From Treponemataceae bacterium (GTDB lineage: Bacteria > Spirochaetota > Spirochaetia > Treponematales > Rectinemataceae): a stretch of 64,000 nt of DNA. The DNA lies in contig CAXXHO010000005.1 in assembly GCA_963667725.2 (NCBI GenBank), positions 928,001 to 992,000 on the forward strand, read 5' to 3'. Of this stretch, positions 43,135-51,235 are shown in pieces; positions within the stretch are counted from its first letter, which is position 1; each line of letters opens with the position of its first letter. A program made the position numbers and the translations under genes. Below the pieces are notes generated by a model that ran no database searches, had not been told where the DNA came from, and saw only the letters and a program-made list of their open reading frames with translations.

Positions 43135-43758
43135 TCAGGGATTTTGCTTTTGCCCTACTTCTATCCACTCCGCGAGCGTTTCGGCGAGCGTTTCGCCCAG
43201 ATACCTGGTCGAGTAGAGATACGTCGCTCCGTTCGACGCGGCGCAGCGCTTGATATCGCACATGTCAGGGCGAAGCTCCATCCTCCCGAGCGCCTGACGA
43301 AGCTCCCTCTCGGTCATGGAGAAGGGAGGATCGGTAAAAAACGTCAAATCGGTCGGCCGCGGGTAGATTCTGGATTCATCGCGCACTGTCTCCGCGATGA
43401 GCATCAAGGGATCTTTCTCCTCGGTCCTGAGAAGATGAAGCGCGTAGTTGCCGGTCATCGTGTTTTCGCTGAAATACCACGCATCCGATGAACCTTCCAT
43501 TTTTTTCAGGTCGCCGGCCTCCGGTACTTCCGCGATCGCGGAAGCGATGCTAAAGCCAAGTTCCCTGCTCAGTTCATCGGGCGGAGGAAATCTCGAAGCG
43601 AGCGCGGAGAGGCTCGTGAGCCGACCGGCGGACGACTCGGCGCGTATGAATTCGATGAGCCGCGACGTGTATGCTTCCCTATCCGCCGGTAAGGCTCCGG
43701 GATTATCGGCGACGGCTCCCGCAATTTGCTCTTTTTTGTCGGGGGAAATGACTCCCAT
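43135..43758 (-). CDS. YdhW-like accessory protein of the aldehyde oxidoreductase
   Basis: AETVRDESRIYPRP and ASNGATYLYS...LAEWIEVGQ; lies directly after the ydhV-like gene. Confidence 0.7.
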   Translation of the reverse strand: MGVISPDKKEQIAGAVADNPGALPADREAYTSRLIEFIRAESSAGRLTSLSALASRFPPPDELSRELGFSIASAIAEVPEAGDLKKMEGSSDAWYFSENTMTGNYALHLLRTEEKDPLMLIAETVRDESRIYPRPTDLTFFTDPPFSMTERELRQALGRMELRPDMCDIKRCAASNGATYLYSTRYLGETLAETLAEWIEVGQKQNP

Positions 43759-43816
43759 CTATATGACACTCCTTGGCGCGATAGTGCGATGGCGCTATCG
43801 CGCGATAGCAGCTGAA

Positions 43817-45937
43817 TCAGCCGGGCAGAAGCTCCGCCGCGGCAAGCCTGTCCGCCACGTCCTTTAAGCCGACGGACTCCAGGTACGATCGAGTCGGGGC
43901 GCCGGTCGTCTCATCCCAGCCAAACTCCTTGTAGACCATGGTTCGGCCCAGCTCCAAATCCGACTTTTCCATCTGTATGCTTCCCGGCGTGAATTGTGGG
44001 ATGTTCGAACCGTCCTTGGCATGGTCCGGGGTGATGGGCCATTCGGTGGTCTGGTCGTGCGCGTTCCGCAGATCGGCTGTCCTCATCTGCATGATAGTGT
44101 AGGCGCGCTGGAGCGTGAAGCATTTCGCGGCCGTCTCGTCCAGCTCCTTTTCGCTCATCCGGATACCGGTGGCGAGAGAGTAGAATTTGGACTCGAGCGA
44201 AGTGTCGCCGCGGTACTTGCGCTCCTTCAGCGGGCTCACGGCCATGGGCCACATCCAGTTGCAGAGGGTGAGCGAGTTGTGAAGCATGGATCGTACCAGC
44301 GAGTACTTCACGAACTTAGCCTTGTACACGTTCATTTTCGTATATACGGCCGGGGCGTCGAGAGCCTCGGGCGAACCGAATATCTCGCCCGCGATCTCTT
44401 TCTGCAACGCGACCGGCAGCTTGGAGCCGATGAAGTTCATGTGCGAATGGTTCTGGGAATCGCGGTTGGAAAAACAGGAGATGAGCGCGCCGACCTGGGC
44501 TCCCGCCTCGTTCGAATGGTGCACGGGATAGCCGCCGCGGGTCCAGAGCTTGCCGCTCTTGTCGTTCCAGTAGTCATCGCCGAGGTTCCAGCGTTGCGCT
44601 ATCCAATACGATCCGTCGGCGATGTGGGAGAACTCGCCTTTCTTGAAGGCCACTCTTTCGTAGAAATCGAAGTAGAAGGACGCGTCCCCGCTAAGGAGCT
44701 TGCTCCATGGAATCGAAGCGTACTCTTCGGCGCTCAGAACACGCTTGAAGACGCCTTTGTCGTAGCAGTACTTGAGATCGCGGCCTATCTGCGCATAGTT
44801 GCACCAGACGCCATAATCGTCGGCAAGGGTCGTTCCGATCGCGTTGCCCACGATGCTTGCGTCGGAACCCGTATTGCCGTCGAAATCCTTGATCCCGTAG
44901 CACATGACGCCGCGCGGTCCGGACCAGCCCACGCAGGTGTTGGCCACGTATGGATCGAGTCCGTACTTCTCCAGCTGGGGAACCTTGAGCTGCGAGTGGC
45001 AGCGGATCGGGCAATGCGAACAGCCGCCCATTCGCACGGTGTATTTCTCCGCGCCCGCGCCCAGGTCGAAGATCGCCTTCATCGTGCGCAATCCCACGGA
45101 CTGCATGTCGTGAGGATCGCATTCGCCCGTTTCCACGGGGGGATTCGCGGCGCCCCAGAAGAGACCTTTGCGCCCAGTCCAGCGCGAACTCTTGTCCGAA
45201 TACTCCGCCCAGGGCTGCGGCGTGGAGGGAACGACCATCTGGTTGTTCGCGCCTATGATGCTCATCATGTACGCGTCGAGCTCGAGCCAATCCTTGCCGC
45301 TCGCCGCGATTTTCACCGAACCGGTGCCGTGTACGCCTATGGCTTTCAGATTCTTGGAACCCATGACGCCGCCGTGTCCTCCGGCCGAATGCGAAGCGCC
45401 GGTGCGGATCACCGAAAGGTTGACGAGGTTTTCTCCAGCCTGCCCGATGGCCGCGACCTGGGCTTCCTTGCCCATGAAGGAGGCCACCATGGCCTGGGTG
45501 TCGAAAATGCCCTTTCCCCACATCCAACGGGCGTCCTCGATTCTCACCTTTTCATCTTCGATTCTCAGCCAGACGGGTGATGCCGCTTTCCCCTCGATGA
45601 CGATCAGATCATAGCCGGCATACTTTAGCTCGGTGGCGAAGTAGCCGCCCATGTGCGAACTCGCGATGCCGTAAAAGGGGCTCGAGGGCAGGAGGCTGGT
45701 TATATTGGTGCGGCCGGAGCAAGGGGCGCCGGTTCCGCAGAGGGGGCCAGCGCCGAAGATGATCTTGTTTTCCGGCGCGAAGGGGTGTGTGCCCGCCGGC
45801 ACCTCGTCCCACATGATTTTCATCGACATGCCTTCGCCGCCGATGAATTCCTTGTATTTGAGCGTGTCGTCGATGGAAACCGAGCCAGCGCTCAAGTTCA
45901 CCCTGAGAATTTTTCCGGTATATCCAAATGTTTCCAT
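43817..45937 (-). CDS. ydhV: Aldehyde:ferredoxin oxidoreductase family protein, YdhV-like
   Basis: GYTGKILRVNL, ELKYAGYD, IGQAGEN, GVMGSKNLKAI, CSHCPIRC, SLTLCNW and GWDETTGAPT. Confidence 0.85.
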   Translation of the reverse strand: METFGYTGKILRVNLSAGSVSIDDTLKYKEFIGGEGMSMKIMWDEVPAGTHPFAPENKIIFGAGPLCGTGAPCSGRTNITSLLPSSPFYGIASSHMGGYFATELKYAGYDLIVIEGKAASPVWLRIEDEKVRIEDARWMWGKGIFDTQAMVASFMGKEAQVAAIGQAGENLVNLSVIRTGASHSAGGHGGVMGSKNLKAIGVHGTGSVKIAASGKDWLELDAYMMSIIGANNQMVVPSTPQPWAEYSDKSSRWTGRKGLFWGAANPPVETGECDPHDMQSVGLRTMKAIFDLGAGAEKYTVRMGGCSHCPIRCHSQLKVPQLEKYGLDPYVANTCVGWSGPRGVMCYGIKDFDGNTGSDASIVGNAIGTTLADDYGVWCNYAQIGRDLKYCYDKGVFKRVLSAEEYASIPWSKLLSGDASFYFDFYERVAFKKGEFSHIADGSYWIAQRWNLGDDYWNDKSGKLWTRGGYPVHHSNEAGAQVGALISCFSNRDSQNHSHMNFIGSKLPVALQKEIAGEIFGSPEALDAPAVYTKMNVYKAKFVKYSLVRSMLHNSLTLCNWMWPMAVSPLKERKYRGDTSLESKFYSLATGIRMSEKELDETAAKCFTLQRAYTIMQMRTADLRNAHDQTTEWPITPDHAKDGSNIPQFTPGSIQMEKSDLELGRTMVYKEFGWDETTGAPTRSYLESVGLKDVADRLAAAELLPG

Positions 45938-45955
45938 TGCAGTTTTCCTCCCCGC

Positions 45956-46669
45956 TTAGGCAGTCGCGCCGCTGACGACCGTGGCGCCGGAATTGGCATC
46001 GGCTCCCCACAGAAGTTTTTCCGCTTCTTTGTAATCCATATAGCGTATCGCCCCAGTCGGGCAGAGCCTCACGCAGGTCGGATCCCCCTCGCAGCTCGTG
46101 CATTTCGACGTCTTCCTGGTTTCCGGATCGACGGTGGGCAGATTCCACGCGCAAGCCTGGACGCATTTCCCGCATCCGACGCAGCGCTTGGCGTCGATGA
46201 CGCGGGCGCCGGTTTTCGCGTCGGCATAGATAGCGTTCATCGGGCAGGCGTTGCCGCACGCGGGTTTTTCGCATTGGCGGCAGGTCTCGGCGACGATCCT
46301 GAAGTTGCCCATCTGGCCATCGGCCTTCGCGTAGGCCGCCGTGACGCCTTCGACGCCGTAATTGAGATTTCTGGAGACTTTGATTCTGGAAAGCTCGGCG
46401 CTCACTTTGCCCGAATTCCTCGTCGAGCAGCCGAATTCGCAGCGCTTGCAGCCTACGCAGCGGCTCGGGTCGTGGACGATGACGCCCGAAGGAATCGCCC
46501 ATACACGCAGCTCCTTGGCTTCGGGGTCCTCCCACTTGCCAGCCCCGGCGAGGGAGGCGGTGACGAGAAGTCCCGCGATGCTTCCTCCCGCCATTTTGAG
46601 GAAATCTCTTCTTGATCGGGGTTTTTCAAACCAGCTTTCGCCTTCCCGCTTCTCTGGAAAGTCTTTCAT
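45956..46669 (-). CDS. 4x[4Fe-4S] ferredoxin-type subunit (YdhY-like) with Tat signal
   Basis: SRRDFLK; CVGCKRCEFGC, CRQCEKPACGNACP, CVGCGKCVQAC and CTSC...CVRLCP. Confidence 0.88.
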   Translation of the reverse strand: MKDFPEKREGESWFEKPRSRRDFLKMAGGSIAGLLVTASLAGAGKWEDPEAKELRVWAIPSGVIVHDPSRCVGCKRCEFGCSTRNSGKVSAELSRIKVSRNLNYGVEGVTAAYAKADGQMGNFRIVAETCRQCEKPACGNACPMNAIYADAKTGARVIDAKRCVGCGKCVQACAWNLPTVDPETRKTSKCTSCEGDPTCVRLCPTGAIRYMDYKEAEKLLWGADANSGATVVSGATA

Positions 46670-46716
46670 CGCTCCCGCCTCCCTTATTCGGACATATGTC
46701 CGCGAGGTCTAGGATG

Positions 46717-46859
46717 ATCGCTTTCTTTCCAATGTTCCCTCAAGGAGCGGAACGGGAGGCGTATCCGTTTCCGGGTACGCCTTCGGCGCGGGGCAGAGCC
46801 GCGCGCCAAGACCGAAATCCATGGCACCAACGCGGTAGGATTGTCGGTTCGAAATCGAT
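46717..46859 (-). ncRNA. Moco RNA motif (molybdenum-cofactor riboswitch candidate), with P3
   Basis: Minus strand: P1 AUCG(A)UUUC/GAAA(G)CGAU; P2 with CCUA...AUGG; P3 GGCGCG...CGCGCC; P4 AGGCGUACCCG-GAAA-CGGAUACGCCU; then CCCG...UUGGAAAG. Lies in the leader of a molybdopterin enzyme operon. Confidence 0.8.
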
Positions 46860-46891
46860 GTCCATCGAGTGCTTTAAAGCACGATACGATT

Positions 46892-46919
46892 ATTCTATCC
46901 GGTCTCTGAACCATGTCAA
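46892..46919 (-). promoter_or_regulatory. Putative sigma70 promoter of the ydhYVW-like operon
   Basis: TTGACA-N16-TAGAAT on the minus strand just upstream of the Moco motif. Confidence 0.7.
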
Positions 46920-47000
46920 GATTTAAAACGGTCCGGGGGCGATGAAAGCGATGGACATGGCTTAGTGGCAAAGGCAATAATGCAAGGGAAAGGAGCTGCC

Positions 47001-47936
47001 ATGAAGAACATCGCGGTTATTGGCATAGGCGGAATCGGCGGGTATTTCGGCGGGAAGCTCACCCAGCTTCTTGGGCGGGACCCGCGGGTCAATATTTATT
47101 TCATCGCGCGTGGTCGGCAGTTGGAAGCGATACAGTCGGGCGGCCTCGTCCTGGACGCCGAGGAAGGGCGGATGACCTGCGTTCCCACGAAAGCGATGGA
47201 ACGCATCGCGGACCTGCCTCAGCTGGATTATTGCCTGATATGCGTCAAGGGATATGACTTGGCTGAGGTGCTTCGGCAGCTGAAGGACAAGATCTCCGAC
47301 TCTACCGTGATCCTGCCCCTGCTCAACGGCGTCGACATATTCGAGCGCGTGCGCGCCGTCGTCAAGAACGGCTATCTTCATCCCGCCTGCGTCTACATCA
47401 GTACTTTCGTGGAAAAACCGGGCGTCGTGATTCAGCGCGGGCCTTCGAGCACGATACTTCTTGGCCCCGATCCGGGGCGCAGTCCGGAGGACAGGTCTAT
47501 TCTCGCCCTGCTCGAGGCGGCGGGGATTAAGCATGGCTGGAAGGAAGAACCTTTCGTCGAAATCTGGAATAAGTACCTTTTCATCGCTCCCTTCGGCCTC
47601 ATCACCGCGAATACGGGCAAAACCATCGGCGAAGCGCTGCGGTCCGAAGCAGATCTGAGCGCCGTGAAGTCAATCATGGGCGAGATCATGGCGCTCGCCC
47701 GCGCGAAGGGGATTGGGCTGTCCGCCGGCATCGTCGAGGAAACGCTGGCGAAGGCGGCTAAGTTTCCCGCCGAAACCAGGACTTCTTTCCAGAGGGATGT
47801 CAGCGTGGCGGAGAAGCCGGACGAAAGGGATCTGTTCGCCGGCTCGATAATCAGGATGGGCAAGGATTTCGCTATCCCCACCCCCGTCACTGAGGCGGTT
47901 TTCGCTTCGATCGAGCGAAAGAAGCCGGGGCGCTAG
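47001..47936 (+). CDS. panE: Ketopantoate reductase family protein
   Basis: GIGGIG, CVKGYD, LLNG, WNKY and TSFQRD...E. Confidence 0.8.
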   Translation: MKNIAVIGIGGIGGYFGGKLTQLLGRDPRVNIYFIARGRQLEAIQSGGLVLDAEEGRMTCVPTKAMERIADLPQLDYCLICVKGYDLAEVLRQLKDKISDSTVILPLLNGVDIFERVRAVVKNGYLHPACVYISTFVEKPGVVIQRGPSSTILLGPDPGRSPEDRSILALLEAAGIKHGWKEEPFVEIWNKYLFIAPFGLITANTGKTIGEALRSEADLSAVKSIMGEIMALARAKGIGLSAGIVEETLAKAAKFPAETRTSFQRDVSVAEKPDERDLFAGSIIRMGKDFAIPTPVTEAVFASIERKKPGR

Positions 47937-47939
47937 CGA

Positions 47940-48368
47940 ATGCTGAACGAAGAAACCGTCAGGGCCCTCTGGTCGAAAACCTACAACACGCAGGGAAAAC
48001 CCGACTGGTCCCATATCTACCCCTACTACCATCCCGATATTGTCTTCCAGGACTCGATACAGAGAGTCGAGGGAATCGAGGAATTCAAGGCGCTCTGCGA
48101 GCGGCTGACCGAACGCTGCCAGGAACTCAGGATGGACATCCATGCCGTGGCCCGCGACGGGAAGGTCATATTCCTGCAGTGGACCATGACGATGATGTTC
48201 AAGAAATTCCCGAGCACGCCCGTCTATGGCTCGACGGTGCTCACCCTCCACGAGGACGGCAGGATCATAGGACAGCGCGATTATTACGATTTGTGGGGCG
48301 ATATTTTCAATGGCATTCCCTGGTTCCGGGCGCGATACCGGAAGTTCATGCGCAAGCGTTTTGGCTGA
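47940..48368 (+). CDS. NTF2/SnoaL-like protein
   Basis: YHPDIVFQD, WTM and GRIIGQRDYYD. Confidence 0.8.
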   Translation: MLNEETVRALWSKTYNTQGKPDWSHIYPYYHPDIVFQDSIQRVEGIEEFKALCERLTERCQELRMDIHAVARDGKVIFLQWTMTMMFKKFPSTPVYGSTVLTLHEDGRIIGQRDYYDLWGDIFNGIPWFRARYRKFMRKRFG

Positions 48369-48381
48369 GTCTGGAGAAACG

Positions 48382-49317
48382 ATGAAACGAGAACTGCCCG
48401 AGCAGCTGCGGTTCCTGGCGAGCAGGAAGGCGACGCAGAAAACCTGTACGGAATCGATGAGAGGAAAGTGCTGTGTCGTCACCGGCTCCACCTCGGGCGT
48501 GGGCTTGCAGGCGCTGCGGCGTCTCGCCCGGGCCGGCGCCGATATCGTCATGGTCTGCCGCGACAAGGCGAAAGCGGAGTCGATCGCCGCGGAAGTCGCC
48601 GCCGCTTCCGAGGCGAGCCTTCAGCGGGTGCGCGTCGACATAGTGGTCGCGGATTTCAGCGACTTGAGCCAGGTAAGGAAGGCCGCGGCCGAGATCCTCG
48701 AGCGCTGTCCGCGCATAGACGTCCTCATCAATTCGGCGGGACTCCATTCGACGACGCGCAAGCTCGCGCGCGAAGGTTTCGAGCTGGTGTTCTGCGTCAA
48801 CCACCTCGCTTCCTTTCTGCTCACGAGCCTCCTGCTCGACCGGCTCAAGGAGAGCGCGCCTTCGCGCGTTATCCAGGTGAATTCCGAGGGGCACCGTTTC
48901 GGCGGCCTGGACCTGGACGATCTCGACTGGAGCAAGCGACGTTATGCGGGATTGAGGGGCTATGGCGCTTCAAAAATCGCACAACTTCTCACCGTCTGGG
49001 AATTCGACGATCGGCTTCGGGGCAGCGGCGTTACCATCAACGCGGTTCATCCCGGGGATGTGCGCACCAACATCGGCAACAACAACGGTCCGCTCTACAG
49101 GTTTTTCAAGAACACGGTCATATGGCTGATGCTCAAGGATCCCGTCATTTCGGGGGAAGCCCTGTACTGGCTCGCCGCGTCCGGGGAAGCGGGAAAGGTC
49201 AGCGGGAAATTCTTCCATCTGACGGTGGAGGAAAAACCCACCAAGACGGCGCTGAACCGCGATCTGGGCAAAAGAGCCTGGGAGATTAGCAGAACCTTGA
49301 CCGGGCTGGACGCTTAG
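48382..49317 (+). CDS. Short-chain dehydrogenase/reductase (retinol-dehydrogenase-like)
   Basis: TGSTSGVG, INSAG, VNHL, YGASK and HPG. Confidence 0.9.
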   Translation: MKRELPEQLRFLASRKATQKTCTESMRGKCCVVTGSTSGVGLQALRRLARAGADIVMVCRDKAKAESIAAEVAAASEASLQRVRVDIVVADFSDLSQVRKAAAEILERCPRIDVLINSAGLHSTTRKLAREGFELVFCVNHLASFLLTSLLLDRLKESAPSRVIQVNSEGHRFGGLDLDDLDWSKRRYAGLRGYGASKIAQLLTVWEFDDRLRGSGVTINAVHPGDVRTNIGNNNGPLYRFFKNTVIWLMLKDPVISGEALYWLAASGEAGKVSGKFFHLTVEEKPTKTALNRDLGKRAWEISRTLTGLDA

Positions 49318-50379
49318 GCCGGCTGCTGTTTCCGCAGGTCCTTTATGATCCTGTCGGAAGCCAGCTTGCCCGTCAGGATGGAGATGGGCAGTCCCGAAGG
49401 GCTGAACGACCACTGTCCGGCCTGGTAGACACCGGGAATAGGTGTCAGGACAGAGCGGGCGACCGATGGAAGGCTGTGTACGGCCGGCATGCCGTCGTTG
49501 GTGAATGCCCAGCCGGTGATGGCCTCGTCGGTGTTCCCCGTGATAGCCTCGATGGTCAGCGGCGTCGAGGTGAAGCTGTCGAGCACGGCGGCTTTCAGTC
49601 CGGGGAAAATCGCCGCTTCCAGCACCTCCACGATGCGGTCGGCGCAGAAATCCTTGAATTCATCGTACCAGCCCAGATCCCTGAAATGTCTGACCAAGGA
49701 ATAATCCATAAGCGAACTGATGATGAGCCCTGTCTTTCCCTCAGGCGCCAGGCTTGGGTCCCTCAGGGCAGGGCAGGATATCTCGTAGGTGGTATAGTCC
49801 AAGTAGCGCCCGAGCCAGTCGAAGAGCTTCTGCCTGTCTCCCGTCAGGGAGGGCTGGCTTGCGGAGACCGTTTCGCCGGGAACCTGGAGTTCCGCCCAGG
49901 GGACGGCGGATAATCCTTCCGTGAGGGGCGTCTAGAAGAAATGGGCGCTGGCGATCCGCGAAAAATAATCGGGCGGGAGATCCAGGGCAGAATGGTCTTG
50001 AAGACGTATTGGGGGTCGCTCTTGAGGTCGAGGAAGAGCGGATTGTCGATGCCGTAGAGCACTTCCATGTACTCCATCACTCGGGCGATTTCGCCGGAGG
50101 AAAGCTTGACAATCTCGTCGCCAAAACCAATTGATACGGTGCTGGGGAGAAAGTCGAGGTCTATCCCGAGCTGCTTCAGCATCGGGAGGACGATGCCGGA
50201 ATTTTCTATGGCGCGGATTCCTCCGTCGAAGGTGAAGCCGCCGCGGTTGAAGGAAGTGACGAGGCCGCCGATGTTTTTTCTTTTTCAAGGAGGATTGTTC
50301 CGAGGCCGGCCTTGCACAGGAAGGCCGCGGCGGTGAGGCCTGCCATCCCCCCGCCCACGATCACTACGTCATGCCGCAT
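49314..50379 (-). pseudogene. Decayed phytoene-desaturase-family FAD oxidoreductase
   Basis: MRHDVVIVGGGMAGLTAA from 50379; frameshift in the A-run near 50274-50279; middle piece (FTFDGG...GIDNPLF) and C-terminal piece (STPLT...YQAGQWSFSPSGLP) in other frames. Confidence 0.8.
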
Positions 50380-50552
50380 GCTGCCCCCGATCGCTTACAG
50401 ATATTGCTGTAAATGCATGATACAATATATAGAAGCAAAGTCAACCGAAGCCTTTTCTCGAAAAGGCTTGCCTTGAAAGCCCGCGGATTTGGGCGTACGC
50501 TGTTGGCGCGGGTTTCATGCCCGCCGCGCATCCGATCGGCAGAAGGATAACC

Positions 50553-51215
50553 ATGAGAAAAGCGAATATCGTTGTAGTGCTTTTGGCGACGCTCGCCGTC
50601 GCGGGCGGATACGCGTCAGGGGAAAAAGGCGGATCCGCTGACGTCGTATCGAGCCCGAGCGCGTCCGGAAAGGAAATGCCCGCGATAACGGATTCGCTCA
50701 AGCCCGTCGGCGACGGAGCGCGGACGCTCGTCGTCTACTTTTCGCAAGGGGCGGCGACCAGAAGCGTGGCCGAGGACTTCGGCATTCTTTTGGGCGCGGA
50801 TATGGAGCCTATCGTCGAGAAAAAGACACGATCGACGGGGCTGTTCAACTTCATGCGCTCCGGATATCAGGCCACGTTCAGAATCGCGAGCCCCATCGTC
50901 TCTCCCCTTCGGGACCCCTCCTCCTATGACAGAGTGATCGTTCTCACGCCGGTATGGTCCTGGAACCTCTGTCCGCCTGTGCGCTCCTGGCTCAGGCTGA
51001 TGAAGGGAAAGCTCCCAGCCGCCGCCTTCGTGACGGTTTCGGGCGATACCGACCCCGACAAGATCGTCGCGGCCATGACAAAAGAATCGGGAACCGAACC
51101 CCGCGCCGTCGCCGGTTTCCGCGACAAGGATTTTCTTCCTGAAAACCGCGCCGTCTATATCGGGAAAATCGCTGACCTCTGCATGACCGGTTTCGGCATC
51201 GCGGGCCTGCGATGA
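50553..51215 (+). CDS. Exported flavodoxin-like protein
   Basis: N-terminal hydrophobic signal; LVVYFS..AT and YDRVIVLTPVWSW. Confidence 0.7.
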   Translation: MRKANIVVVLLATLAVAGGYASGEKGGSADVVSSPSASGKEMPAITDSLKPVGDGARTLVVYFSQGAATRSVAEDFGILLGADMEPIVEKKTRSTGLFNFMRSGYQATFRIASPIVSPLRDPSSYDRVIVLTPVWSWNLCPPVRSWLRLMKGKLPAAAFVTVSGDTDPDKIVAAMTKESGTEPRAVAGFRDKDFLPENRAVYIGKIADLCMTGFGIAGLR

Positions 51216-51235
51216 GCCCAGTAAGGTCGGAAAGC

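Noticed and set aside
43994..45580. 528-aa + strand ORF and many similar long antisense ORFs
   Set aside because: Shadows of GC-biased codon usage opposite well-supported genes; no motifs
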